DNA from: Nemertoderma westbladi
Taxonomy: Eukaryota; Animalia; Xenacoelomorpha
Direction: 5' to 3'
Assembly (NCBI GenBank): GCA_032718475.1
Contig: JAUCBJ010006452.1
Coordinates: 10,949 to 74,948 of the forward strand
Length of the DNA stretch: 64,000 nucleotides
The translations under genes and the position numbers were made by a program. The notes beneath the pieces were generated by a model. The model did no database searches. It was not told the DNA's origin and saw only the letters and a list, made by a program, of their open reading frames with translations. This document shows, in pieces, positions 21,401 to 32,132 of this stretch (position 1 is the stretch's first letter; the number at the start of each line of letters is the position of its first letter).

Positions 21401-23479
21401 TTGACATATTGTTACAAGGGGTGGTGGTATACCCCTTTGAATGTTCACTAATTTATCGCGCTCTAGCGCGATACTTTGCTGCACTTCTTGCAACTCTAGT
21501 CTACTTTCCCTTACTGTGCCCTTAAATTGTTGAACAGTCTCCTGCATCTGCCCGAGCAGGAGATCCACCCCCCGCCGTCTCTCGTCCACCCATTCGACCG
21601 CCGAAGCGGGAGTCGCCAACGTTGTAGCGGGCGGACGAGGGACAACGGGCCACAAATTATGAATGTTTCGCTCGGGGTCCAGGACCTGAACTGTCTCCTG
21701 GGCAGTTCTACGGGGCACAGGTAGCTTAGTGCTATGCAGAGGGAATTTAGAGGTAACTTCAGGGAGTACAGGTGTGTCTATCACCGAAGGGGTGATTTCG
21801 AGAACAGGCCTAATTATTTCAGGCTCATCTACTATAGTAGGGAGTCTTTCTATTTTAATTATTTGGTCTGTGGGCTCTGTACTACCTAAATTGTTGTTAT
21901 TTAGTTGCCTTCTAACAGCTGGAGGCAAATCAGGCAATTTCTGACGGTGGAATGTTCTTTTACGTCTACTTAGACGAGATCTATTTCCCTTGCCTTTAGT
22001 ATCAGTGGTATCGCCTTCCTCAGATGATGTATAACCCTGTCTTTTGGGAGTAGATCGACTCATCATCTGCATATTACTAGCTGTTAACTGTTTATTTATG
22101 CAGTCTTGATTCTCTTGAAGATTTTCCAACTCCAGTTGGGTGATCTCTTCCGCTGCTCTCCGTTCTGCTTCCGCCACCGCTGCCGCTTTTGCCTCTGCCG
22201 CTGCCGCCTTTGCCTTTACCTCGGCTTCTGCTGCTGCCGCTTTTGCCTCTGCCACGGCTTCTGCCAAGGTCGCTTTTCTTTCTGCCTCTGCCACGGCTGC
22301 TATCTTTCTGTCTTCTATACGTTTTTTCCTTACTTGTTCTTCCTTTTCTCTAGCGATGCGGAGTTGTTCATCGAATTTAGCTTGATTCGCCGCTAACCTA
22401 TCTACATCTATTGCATCCAACACACGCTGGGCTCCTTCACTATTAGGGCTAAGTCCATCTAGCCTTCTCCTCAACTCTTCATCTCCCAAAAAACGCTGAT
22501 AGTCGTCAATATAGATGTCAATGGCATCCCTCTTATGCGGTTTCTCTGCCGTCGCTTCACTTTCCGCTTGGAAAAAAGTAGCGTCCGTTGATTCTCCATG
22601 GGTTGAGCGCTCCTCCAACTGAGCTTTCCACTGAGCTGCTCCTTGAACCTGGCGATTCACTCGTTGAAACCAAGTCTTTACGGCAACTTGCAACGACGTG
22701 TCTTGTCTTCTTTTAGAAGCCTCTTCAAAGGCTGATAAGATTAGCCTAATTTGCAGAACTCTTTCTCTAACTTGATAAAGCAGCTGTCCCTGCTCTTGAG
22801 GTCCTTGAGGTTGTTGTAACAGTTGTTTTTCTACTCGCTCCATAGAGCTGAAGAATCCTTGTGCGTATCCGGCTGCAGACCTCTTCCATACAGCTGGATC
22901 GATGGTTTCCTTGGCTACTCCCATCCGGTGTATGTCTTCCCAGGCAGCTTCTGATAAATTAAACGGGAGTCCGGGTCCGGGGAAGTTCCATTGCAACTCG
23001 ACAATAGACTTCAGTTCTTCCCTCGTGTATCCCGCATAACTATCTCTAGTTGATCGTTGACTTCTCGCCCAATCGATCTGGTGTTCTTCCACCGCGATCA
23101 ATAACCTAGTGAGCACGGCTGCAGGAAGGATGAGAAGGGGATCCGAATAAACCGCATCCGTTATCTCTGCTCCGCACTCGGGTTTCAGCTCTACAGTATC
23201 CTCACTACTGGAGCTGTTGGGCCGCTGAGAAATAAGTTCCCGGCTCGCGGGTTTTCGCTGTTCCGCTGCTTCTTGGTCCCGCTTGACCTGAGCTCGAGTG
23301 CCTATGATAGACCTACGATGTTGGACTAGCCTAGGTTCGGTTATTACTACTGGAGGGATGACCTTCCTCACAGTGGGAGGTGAACTGGACTTACGACCAG
23401 ACGGTTCTACATCTCTATCTGAGTCGCAGATCGTTACATCTAATAAACTGTCTGACAGGTTCTGCTTAGTATCAGACAT
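15404..23479 (-). CDS. BEL/Pao Gag-Pol polyprotein (2691 aa)
   Basis: Gag FNGDEMKWLPF with a triple CCHC, protease LLDSGS, RT YMDD, RNase H FGDAS/PRAEL/WTD, integrase HHCC plus GVDLFGP/SDKGTNF/WGGSWERL. Order is PR-RT-RH-IN. Confidence 0.97.
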   Translation of the reverse strand: MSDTKQNLSDSLLDVTICDSDRDVEPSGRKSSSPPTVRKVIPPVVITEPRLVQHRRSIIGTRAQVKRDQEAAEQRKPASRELISQRPNSSSSEDTVELKPECGAEITDAVYSDPLLILPAAVLTRLLIAVEEHQIDWARSQRSTRDSYAGYTREELKSIVELQWNFPGPGLPFNLSEAAWEDIHRMGVAKETIDPAVWKRSAAGYAQGFFSSMERVEKQLLQQPQGPQEQGQLLYQVRERVLQIRLILSAFEEASKRRQDTSLQVAVKTWFQRVNRQVQGAAQWKAQLEERSTHGESTDATFFQAESEATAEKPHKRDAIDIYIDDYQRFLGDEELRRRLDGLSPNSEGAQRVLDAIDVDRLAANQAKFDEQLRIAREKEEQVRKKRIEDRKIAAVAEAERKATLAEAVAEAKAAAAEAEVKAKAAAAEAKAAAVAEAERRAAEEITQLELENLQENQDCINKQLTASNMQMMSRSTPKRQGYTSSEEGDTTDTKGKGNRSRLSRRKRTFHRQKLPDLPPAVRRQLNNNNLGSTEPTDQIIKIERLPTIVDEPEIIRPVLEITPSVIDTPVLPEVTSKFPLHSTKLPVPRRTAQETVQVLDPERNIHNLWPVVPRPPATTLATPASAVEWVDERRRGVDLLLGQMQETVQQFKGTVRESRLELQEVQQSIALERDKLVNIQRGIPPPLVTICQPVRSEVSHAQGVEPTRIYTASEVETPIVNPIKGNYRPVDNDIPYRTDHNPRNLYTDSSILNNTMAQESFTRQMARTEARQAVKVGEIVKFNGDEMKWLPFNEYYKDNIQNSVLYNGEKLRFLIECLEGSPKLMALKFIGHPDGLRQVWDTLNIRYGNRNNIAKYLYAKLVAPRKFISSGIIEFSDEIQEICRQLDWLGKSHEYQSSMVIGAVASTLPKGGVGTRWDKKVLYMMEQQRRDPTMADLMSFLDGEVKLQLLKQSREKTPENKVSEKPVSRRKITPVCYTDDGESPTSQGEDSGKDTERSYYVNKMPKDQVSKFKSRTNDRREQVRKTPPTSPKRIQVRKPEEKASVHNVTQNKVSNIKPKCALCDGTHRLNMCDEFLKKSLTERREVMWDKRLCYNCLRQGHQRRTCFSDLRCAKCGAKHHILLHAEFERNSPNQVSDSELHVQFSDVNDTDQSEMEGFYTDEFSDENESCYMINTAVYRALTYEKDTDSDLTLTTSERQPSWKEPSSNVGIREFPVVQVRVHGPERSCVVNALLDSGSTGTFIDKELAEDIFNGQPKFRTKLNMSGIMQVWKSTITADYYLGALSTPQDELGEHSIRSVKMVAIKNFATTQADLYNWDEDESIQHLNIPRFPTDYPGVQILIGQNAHEALETLEKRPAQPQPLQTYAVRTRVGWYFTGPSRRTLRERLPQERVCQVSEWEDDTSEGDDLTEGTPYSSDNDDIHQLFDEENIIDLLKENEAWQNQVNLCQLLYPSEQEAYNDELNDVIERHNAKTRDEHAVRFFTQEAVEPNSYDKALSVEEERAKQIQETTTRFLKDQGRYEVGLPFRKREPKFINNRPLAEKRIAQLHRRLTANSSAKAMYQTQLEKFINKGYAERVPEETPVTERTYYLTHHYVPKPGKPNEVRVVFDGSALYMGQSLNSELLPGPNLLQSLLGILLRLRQYSIAFASDIEGMFLQVKVLDKDRDSLRFLWWPEGDLNQQPVEYWMTIQAFGIISSPSNACSVVRATAEDNREAFSKEVIDNIKRDIYMDDNLKSLPSVEEAIEVAKGTVECLKRGGFRLTKFTSNSREFLESIPAEDRGAKDLDLIKDDLPETKTLGLKWDTERDILFFQLKQRDNPVRTKRICLSILSTYFDPLGFISPVILIARSLVQQMWLENHSWDDPLKGELLKKWMKWEDSLPAIEDFIISRSYFGHVLPTYSYQLHVFGDASDMGIGIVAYLRVETPDGIKVALVTSKALINNKLKVPRAELKAALYATAIGRNVTEQIDYPLEKTVYWTDALLVLEYITNEVCQFSVFVTNRVAIILSRTTMDQWRHCPGTINPADIASRGATPKELVNTPEWLGGPDFLYREEEEWPPHLTTAEIRQAKGAEKVKPKTRASKSKLFKPAVDLSVLFTSGEDALDQKPTATTKEILEIRDKDWKSGIPDISQGLSPLLQRAIRHYSSWNRLCKAVTYLKRCFHHRYSGTKTNSDDAPSTSARVHAVKDLPKYKITDRFLTEKISYQEHDETNKQMLRLLQCYKDSDKYFLLLRNPQMRLRDRFSSTMIDGLIRVGGRLTNAPLSFDTKFPILIRNLDIQIKIIVDVHSKLYHAGRERVLSEIRTRYYFYKPRRALNQVLRNCIPCRKAFSRPLTQREAELPRERVSFYEPPFTNTGVDLFGPIEVYRAWTIVKRWCVIFVCMTCRAIHLDMVNDLSTNSFVLSLRRQIARFGTSNTMRSDKGTNFIGANNEIQAYIKDWNGRQVDNQLKITASSWTFNAADAPWWGGSWERLIRSVKTAFHFVVPCRAYLTDELLRTLMEEIAAYLNERPLMPVSSNPDSLEALTPAHFLLKKPVAMLPQSEITDGDEYCRRTWQLMQLLSRHFADHFEKHYLPTLQLRTKWFAQQENVSTGDMVLIVDPDLPRKRWQTGRIIETYISSDGLVRSVELVVMRRNFKKPGIVFETQQLNRPVGRLCLLERDRELSGNYGRQETLPTTTSLIQPTSRGSPT

Positions 23480-24900
23480 GTTCGTGTGTACAGTTGAATG
23501 CCTACTGCTATATTACAGTCTGAGCAAGTCTAGTAATTCAGTATTAACTGCTAGCCTAGTAATTAATTACCGATACTGCTACTCAGTGCAGCGTGATATA
23601 TATATAATATATTAGAATACCGGTATACTTATAGTATATATAACTATATAAGTATTATTACAGATACAGACTAGGTTTATCTCAGAATACCGGTATAATT
23701 TTAGCACAAATATATGAATATATAATAGGCCTATCGGTAATACCGGTATACAGCTTACAGTTTGTAGTATATATAATTCTGGACTAGAATTAAGTACAAG
23801 TACCGGTATAATTTCAGCCTAAATTTATAGAAATAAAGATAATAGGCCTATCGTAAATACCGGTATATCAATTATTTTAAATAATTGAATTTCTGTACTT
23901 TAGGGTTACTTGGTTACTCTACTTACTTTATTACCGTTATTTGAGCAGTAGTCCAACTGATATTGAGACCTAATGGTTGTATGGTAGGCCTACTATTTAT
24001 AAATCGTTAGATTTGATTTACAATATATATATATACCCGTTTTAATGGGTTTTGTCAATGTTTGAAATAAATGTTATTATTTCTGGGGAGTAATCACTAC
24101 ACAAAGCGGTGCGCTTTCAGTGAAGTGTTACTTATAGGACACTAAAACAAATAATACTAATTTACCTAAGTTACTTAATACTACAAATTACGTACGATTC
24201 GGTGGTGATTACAATCTCTAAATAAACACAAAATTTTACAAAAAACACGAAACACGAATTTTCAGGGTAATTTTATAAGAAGTCTACAAACCAGCCTAAC
24301 AAAGGGTTAGAATCTGGTTACTACAACGGACAGGGTACTACGGTATTTGAAAATAATAAGTAGTAGTAAATACACTGCGTTGTCCAGATAGGAAAATACC
24401 ACCGCCTGACGACCTATGGCCGTATCGCTATAGGTACTACGTTATGTATCACGGAGTGTTCCTACCGAGAAGTTAATAGAGCTAATCGAATGTGCCTATC
24501 AACCACTTTACAACTCAAATATAATGCCTACAACAATTACTTTCGGAAAGCACTGTACACTAAACCCTAAATTAGGTACGAGTACTTGTACAACAGATAA
24601 TCAGTAGTTAAATATACTTGAACAGCTAAAAGAACCACGGCATCTGCTGGAGTAACCGATGCACAAAATCACCAGTCTTTACCTACGCCAAGCAGCCCGT
24701 GTAGTACCGGGGTTAATTTAACTATAACGGTATGTATAACAAACACAATTACTGTAGGAACAAACTTTGGGAATATGAATGTTGCGAATAATCGCATAAA
24801 CTCTGAATAATAAATATTACGCTACGCGTACAAACTACTCAAACAAAATGCAGACCAAATACCGACAGACTACTATCAAGCCTAAACAAACTATGGTATA

Positions 24901-25375
24901 TGCAGACTCCGAAATGATTAGGTAGTATGCGTTCTAACCCAGTAGTACGACTTATTCTTTAATTGGGGGTTTACCTTACAGCATTGGCTGCCCCTACTTC
25001 CTAACCGTACTTAATCGGACAGGTGCTCTACACACACTACAATCCATTCAGACCTAACAACAGCCAGACAACTATCCAGCCTACAAATTATCTAATAAAT
25101 ATTATACGCTACCTGTACAGACTTACACAAACAAAGTACAGACTAAACGATGGCAGACGACTCTCAAGCCTAAATAAACTACAGGACATGCAGACTCCGA
25201 AATGATTAGGTAGTATGCGTTCTAACCCAGTAGTACGACTTATTCTTTAGCTGGGGGTTTACCTTACAGCATTTGCTGCCCCTACTTCCTAACCGTACTT
25301 AATCGAACAGGTGCTCTACACGCACTGTAATCCATTCAGACCTAACAGCAATCAGACAACAGCTCAGCCTACAAA
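24901..25375. repeat. Direct repeat (period 288 bp) in the long 5' UTR of family B
   Basis: TGCAGACTCCGAAATGATTAGGTAGTATGCG... begins at 24901 and again at 25189. Confidence 0.85.
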
Positions 25376-25733
25376 TTGTCTGTACAATCTGATCAGGTTT
25401 ACACGCCTTCTGTTCAATACTGGCCTACTAACAAATAAAACTGACAGAAATAAGTAAGCTCCAAAAGAAACAAGGGGTGTACAGTCCCTAATCTCTTAAA
25501 CAGCCTACCGGTATACAACAATCAAGTCGAATAATACTAATGTACTTATACGGAAGTACCGGTTAGGACAGTTGGGCCTACGGACCTACAGAAGTACCGG
25601 TTCTGGAAGTTGGACCTACGGGCCTACGGCAGTACCGGTTCTGGCAGTTGGGCCTACTGACCTACTGAAGTACCGTTCAGGTTTACCGGTTGACCGGTAC
25701 TTTCAACTTTATTGCTTACTGCAATAAAGAAGC

Positions 25734-25745
25734 TATATCCTTTAA
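25734..25745 (-). promoter_or_regulatory. Non-tRNA primer-binding-site position of family B (TTAAAGGATATA), complementary to LTR 26500-26511
   Basis: Immediately follows the 5' LTR, has no TGG, and has an exact 12-nt complement inside the LTR. Confidence 0.6.
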
Positions 25746-26952
25746 TGTTCGCGCTTTCAGACCTTTGGCAGTTTAACCCGCCAAATTATGATGTCTTCTA
25801 GATATTAAATCGCTTTTTAGCCTATGACAAGTATTTGATTCACTACACTAGTCGAAACCAATCTGTGCGCGATCATTCACCCGCTGGATATACCCGGGGG
25901 ATTGGGTTTGACGGTTTAATCTTATTGCTATGTAAGCCTAACGTATTATTCGACTGACAGTATTATATAATCTCTGACAATATTATTCACCTTCGGGGAA
26001 TATTAACAGTTCCTTTAGGACGTGGCGCTCTATCCATATAAACAGAGTTATGACTTAAACTACTCACAACGATATGGCTTAATTATAATTCACATATATG
26101 GCGCATTCTTTAGGAAATGCTTCTTTAACAGACTCACTCATACACAATGCTGCACAATACTGCACACTAATCTGCCGATCTTCACTGATTTTAGTCACAT
26201 ATAAAAGGAACACCGACTGACTCATGTAGGGTCTATCAAATAACATTAGATTCACTTCAAACCACTTTAACATAAGTCACAATCGATATATGTAACCCTT
26301 CTCTCTTACCTTCGGTATATCAAGAATATTGGGTTTCGGGGTTGTTTCTCGTTATTCCAAATATAATAATTCATCCACAAATATAATGAATAACCGACAG
26401 CAAAGCAGTAATGTTAAGTTAAGTTGCACAGTATTGGCCAATTAACCAGTTTGTTTTGAGTTAAGACAATCAGCAATTAGTTTGCGAGTGATTCGTTAGT
26501 TAAAGGATATATGTCCTTATAATTAAACCTACTAGTGTGAAGCTAAAAAGCATAAAAGCACAAAACACTACAAAGCCGTTCTTTCGTGGCTTTGAAAAAC
26601 TCGTGACTACTACTCTATACGAGGATACCAACTACCCTTATTCCACGAAGCTCCCGTTCAACACAGAGAAAGAGCAGTGAGATAGGAAAATTTCAGTTCA
26701 GTAGCTCTGTGATAGGTCAAAATCAAAGCTAACTCAAATTCTATTGGGAGATACAAAAACAGGGCTATGACGCAACCTCCCTAGGCTGGTTGTCCGATTA
26801 AACAGAGCCCAGATACCTGCTTACAGCAAATCAGCCAATAAGCTGGTAGCTTGCACTATTTTAGTTATAGATCCCCTTTAGAGTATTCTAGCGACCGGGG
26901 GGGAACTGGCCAGCAAAGCAAACGAACCAGTTATCCCACAAAAGCTTTTACA
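25746..26952 (-). repeat. 5' LTR of family B (1207 bp)
   Basis: Near-identical to 8394-9600 and followed on the + strand by the TSD TAAAT. Confidence 0.96.
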
Positions 26953-27778
26953 TAAATCAACCTTATTTCCTGACATTAGGGGTTTTCTGAGAAGCTGATC
27001 ACAAATATGAGACTAAAAAATATCATATTATCCAACTAAATTAATTTTTTTGGCATTTGTAAGTTTTATGCTACAGTTGTATTTTTCGTCCCACCAGAGA
27101 AGCACTAAAAACAAAAGTTTCATTACCACTAAACATTTTTAACGAGTAGTTGTATCATGCATGATCAGCGGCCTTGAAAACCAATATTACCCAAACAATG
27201 GGAAAATTTAACCGTATGAAATTTTTGCTACTTCTACTTTTAATCCTGGGGTATCAGAAATACACCAAAAATTATGTTTGACGTACGAGAAACATTATTA
27301 CAGTAATAAGTTTCATCGTGATCAGAGACCTCAAAAACCCATATATCTTCGGAATTATCAAACCAAATACAACATATTTTTGTTTTCTAACCAATAACGT
27401 ATTAAAAAAGCCGGGCCAGATAAGAGTTTATATCTGAGATAGTCTGTTTTGGCACGTAAGAATGCCTAGAACTTCAGGTTAAACAACAAATTTATACATG
27501 CCAAAACAGACTAACTTTGAGATAGACTGTTTTGGCATATAAATGTCTAAGAAAACATAAAAGCAATTACGCTCTATCTCACATTACACTATGTAGATAG
27601 GAGTTTCAGTTAAAAATATGCTGTTCAAATAATTATATGACTATAACTTACCTAATGACATCATTTCACAGGATTTCCACCAATCAGGATTCAAATGACA
27701 AGCCTGGAATGTATTTTGCGTTTTTCTCAAAACTATGTAAAAATGAGATAGACGGTTTTGGCATTTAAGGGCCGAATA

Positions 27779-28546
27779 AGGCGGTGATCACTGAAGAAGG
27801 GTTGTAGTGTAAATGCATTACAGTCTTGTATAGAGCTCCTGTATTTCACACGAAACAGGATATGGTCTATCTGGGACTTGTGACCACTGGATCCACTTTC
27901 TAGTTCGCTTCTTGAACTGGGTTCCAGCCGAAAACAATCCATTTCCAGAGATAAAATCCTGAAGATGGATGGAATTTCGGTTAACACTATTGCTATAGAC
28001 CCAGGGCGATGTAGGTGATTGATGCAGACTTGCATTAAAGTCTCCCAGGAATGTTAAGGATGCATGCTGATCCACTCCATCAGTAGCTGCTTGTAGATTC
28101 TGGTAGAAATTTTCCACCTCCTCTACAGGGGCAACACTAGTTGGAGAGTAGCACACAATCAGAACCACCTTAGGAAACTTCTTAGCCAGTCTTCCAGAAC
28201 ATAAGAAGTGGCAACGGATTATGCGGTTAGAGATTTGGTCTGTTTTGTCCAATGCTGCTTGTGCAGTTGGATTCATCAATAGACCAATTCCACCATTGCC
28301 ACTATCATCTGCTGAAGCGAGGGCAAGTCGCCAACCGCCCCCCATGTCCTTAATCAGAACCTCATCAGTCTGTCCAGTCTGCATTCGGTGCTCTTGAACA
28401 CCCACTGCACTAAGAGAAAGCTTATCTGCCAAGGCAGTCAGCTCACCTTGTCGCATTGGGGACCCGAGTGTTAGGGTGTTTACTGAGGCTAGTCTAGTGG
28501 GTGACCCAGGGTTTGGGCCAGAAAGGTCATTAGGAAAGGGACTCAA
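27779..28546 (-). pseudogene. RTE-like LINE, 5' half: apurinic-like endonuclease domain
   Basis: Motifs VGVQEHR, GGIGLLM, CYSPT, LGDFNA, QIDHIL and SDHRLI. Continues at 7616 once the DNA transposon is removed. Confidence 0.9.
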
Positions 28547-28799
28547 AGAATTGTTTGCCGCTCTCTCTCCAGTAGGGGGTAAGACAGCCGGTCAGGAGAT
28601 AACTGACGCCTGTGAGGCCGATTGTGTCCAGTCATTCCACTGGCCTAGGTAGGCCACTGGTAGTGGAGCGTCAGACTGATGATAACAGCTAATAGGTCAT
28701 AATTAACTGAGTACCGGTTTAACTCTGGAACTGTAATAGGTATATTGCAATTGGCCTACTGGACTGGCCTAGCTCTACCTATCTAACAATGAAGGCCTA

Positions 28800-29700
28800 C
28801 CTAATGTTATCGCGGAGCTGGATAAATTATATCTAAAAGACGAGCAGACACATCCACGACACAAGGATATGAGGTATGGTTAAAATTATAACAGTATACA
28901 AAAACATCTAGTATAAATTATCAAGAATACTGTAGTCAATTTTCAAGATTAAGGAAAGAAGCAAAATTGTTTCATGTAGAAGTTAGTGAAACCGTTGACA
29001 TTAGCAATGAGTGCAGCTGGGGGTGAGAAGGTGAGCCCAGTCCATGTTGAGTCTGCACTCAGGAGGTACCTTAGTACTACTGTAAAATTATGTAAAGATG
29101 AGGAGGATTTATTACAAAAATCATGTGTAAAAGGTCTGGATGTTAGTGGTGATGGTATATGCGAATTTGACAATGTAGAGTATGACAAATGGTTACAGGA
29201 ATTGTTAGATGAAGATAAAATGCAGGCTTTAGAATGTGCTTTTATAGCTACCCAACGGGGTGTGAAACGTTTTTAAAGGAACCCTATCCGTCAAAGTTCT
29301 AATGTGTTTGGTAGGCCCGGTTTCAACAAATATGCTGGACCGTCAAATTTTTCCAGGGAACCTAACCCAATTTTCAGACGTATGAATACACCCATGAATT
29401 GTTTGGGATGTGGCAGTATATACCATTTATTAATAATTGCAATGCCAAGGGAGAGAGAAGTGAGTTTGTCAATTTGAGCAGTATTTATAGTCCAGGAATG
29501 CATGATATTAATGAAAATACAGAGGATATTTTTCATATTGAAAATGCATATGTTACCTTCACAAATGACAAAATAATTTCTGAAAGGTCGGCAATTATTG
29601 ATTCAGCAGCTACAAGATCTGTATGTGAAACGGCGTGGGACAATAATTTCAAAAAAATCATTTTCATATCTCTCCTGAAGAATTGCCTTCAAATACATTT
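28800..29700 (+). pseudogene. Degenerate LTR-retrotransposon gag/protease relic (Copia-like, uncertain)
   Basis: Aspartic-protease-like SAIIDSAATRSVCETAW and upstream LDKLYLKDE, interrupted by stops and frameshifts. Confidence 0.45.
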
Positions 29701-29761
29701 TATAAATTTGGCCATGGTGGATTACGACGTGCTGTTTTTTCATCAAAAGTTATTTCATCAA

Positions 29762-31597
29762 GAAGCTCAGAGAGGAGTTGGTACACAGAGAGGGTATGGA
29801 AGCTCAGAGAGGAGTTGGTACACAGAGAGGGTATGGAAGCTCAGAGAGGAGATGGTACACAGAGAGGGTATGGAAGCTCAGAGAGGAGTTGGTCAACAGA
29901 GAGGGTACGAAGGCCAGATAGGAATTCGTACAAAGAGAGGGTATGGAAGCTCAGAGAGGAGTTGGTACACAGAGATGGTACGAAAGCCAGATAGGAATTC
30001 GTACACAGAGAGGGTATGGAAGCTCAAAGAGGAGTTGGTACACAGAGAGGGTATGGAAGCTCAGAGATGAGTTGGTACACAGAGATGGTACGGAAGCCGA
30101 TAGGAATTCGTACACAGAGAGGGTATGGAAGCTCAGAGAGGAGTTGGTACAGAGAGACGGTACGGAGGCCAGAGAGGAGTTGGTCAACAGAGAGGGTACG
30201 GAGGCCAGATAGGAATTCGTACACAGAGATGGTATGGAAACTCAGAGAGGAGTTGGTACAGAGAAAGGGTATGGAAGCTCAGAGAGGAGTTGGTACACAG
30301 AGATGGTATGGAAGCTCAGAGAGGAGTTGGTACACAAACAGGGTATGGAAGCTCAGAGAGGAGTTGGTACACAGAGAGGGTATGGAAGCTTAGAGAGGAG
30401 TTGGTACACAGAGATGGTACGGAGGCCAGATAGGAATTCGTACACAGAGAGGGTATGGAAGATCAAAGAGGTGTTGGTACACAGATAGGGTATGGAAGCT
30501 CAGAGAGGAGTTGGTACACAGAGATGGTGCGGAGGCCAGATAGGAATTTGAACAAAGGGAGGGTATGGAAGCTCAGAGAGGAGTTGTGGTACACAGAGAG
30601 GGCATGGAAGCTCAAAGAGGAGTTGGTACACAGAGATGGTACGGAGGACAGATAGGAATTCGTACACAGAGAGGGTATGGAAGCTCAGAGAGGAGTTGGT
30701 ACACAGAGATGGTATGGAGGCCAGATAGGAATTCGTACACAGAGAGGGTATGGAAGCACAGAGAGGAGTTGGTACACAGAGAGGGTACAGAAGCCAGAGA
30801 CGAGTTGGTACACAGAGATGGTATGGAGGCCAGATAGGAATTAGTACTCAGAGAGGGTACGGAATCTCAGAGAGGAGTTGGTAAACAAAGAGGGTACGGA
30901 GGCCAGATAGGAATTCGTACAAAGAGAGGGTATGGAAGCTCAGAGAGGAGTTGGTACACAGAGATGGTACGGAGGCCAGAGAGGAATTCGTACACAGAGA
31001 GGGTATGGAAGCTCAGAGAGGAGTTGGTACACAGAGAGGGTACAGAAGCCAGAGACGAGTTGGTACACATAGATGGTACGGAGGCCAGATAGGAATTAGT
31101 ACTCAGAGAGGGTATGGAATCTCAGAGAGGAGTTGGTAAACAAAGAGGGTACGGAGGCCAGATAGGAATTTGTACAAAGAGAGGGTATGGAAGCTCAGAG
31201 TGGAGTTGGTACACAGAGATGGTACAGAGGCCAGATAGGAATTCGTACAAAGAGAGGTTATAGAACCTCAGAGAGGAGTTGGTACACAGAGATGGTACGG
31301 AGGCCAGATAGGAATTCGAACACAGAGAGGGTATGGAAGCTCAGAGAGGAGTTGGTACACAGAGATGGTATGGAGGCCAGATAGGAATTCGTACAAAGAG
31401 AGGGTATGGAAGCTCAGAGAGGAGTTGGTACACAGAGATGGTACGGAGGCCAGAAAGGAATTCGCACAAAGATAGGGTATAGAACCTCAGAGAGGAATTC
31501 GTACACAGAGAGGGTATGGACGCTCAGAGAGGAGTTGGTACACAGAGAGGGTATGAAAGCTTAAAGAGGAGTTGGTACACAGAGATGGTACGGAGGC
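29762..31597 (+). repeat. Minisatellite array with 37-bp and 36-bp variant monomers
   Basis: GAAGCTCAGAGAGGAGTTGGTACACAGAGAGGGTATG is interspersed with GAGGCCAGATAGGAATTCGTACACAGAGAGGGTATG, with no unique spacers. Confidence 0.95.
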
Positions 31598-32132
31598 TGT
31601 TAGCTTATTCAATCCCGCTAACACCCCATAAAGTTAAGCCAATAAGCAATATTGGGGGACATGAGATTGGGTAACAACCAACTCGTGTCACCCCAACAAA
31701 GTGGGAAGGAGAAGCACACAGTAAGGGTCAGGGGCCAAACCCCTAACAGAGAGAGAACAGGTGGAGTGAAGGGGAACACTCCAGAAGGCGCCAACAAGGG
31801 TATCAACCAATCAGAGGGGGGAAAGGCACCGATTGAGTACAGCAATAAGGCCACCGTGCAATATAACTAGTGGGCAGTAATCATCTCACTCAGTTATCTC
31901 AGTATCATGTTGGTGCTAGTTAGGTTAGTTAGTTTAGCTAGGGAAGGACTGGGACTTTAATTACCGTTTCCCGCCTTCCGTGTACGACATCATATCACCT
32001 ATATCTATATCTATATCTTATACCTGAACATTATACACAAGGAACGACACAAACTCTTTCACTCTTCACACACGGCGGGGACACGTGAATTAACACCGGA
32101 TAAACCGGGATCCTTCCCTGGATCCCGTCACA
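31598..32132 (+). repeat. 5' LTR of family A copy 2 (535 bp)
   Basis: TGTTAGC...GTCACA, homologous to 4406-4941, with TATAA at about 31862 and TCAGT at about 31890. Confidence 0.92.

Larger units (their letters stand above)
8394..26952 (-). mobile_element. Full-length BEL/Pao LTR retrotransposon family B (18,559 bp) with accessory ORFs
   Basis: Two near-identical 1207-bp LTRs, 5-bp TSD TAAAT (8389-8393 and 26953-26957), intact gag-pol, and a purine-rich tract GGGAGCGG next to the 3' LTR. Confidence 0.97.
7621..27774. mobile_element. Non-autonomous TIR DNA transposon (about 1.6 kb once the nested LTR element is removed), 4-bp TSD AATA; possibly Sola-like
   Basis: 26-bp TIRs CGGCCCTTA(C/A)ATGCCAAAACCGTCTA with 1 mismatch. 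AATA at 7617-7620 and 27775-27778. Removing it restores the LINE motif SDHRLIVARVRL. Confidence 0.9.

Noticed and set aside
28547-28740. Possible HDV-like ribozyme in the RTE 5' UTR
   Set aside because: Some hairpins are visible, but I could not fit the nested double pseudoknot by eye.
29762-31597. 36-37-bp repeats as a CRISPR array, and the many ORFs called across them
   Set aside because: The units are contiguous with no unique spacers, there are no cas genes and the context is eukaryotic. The ORFs are by-products of the repeat.
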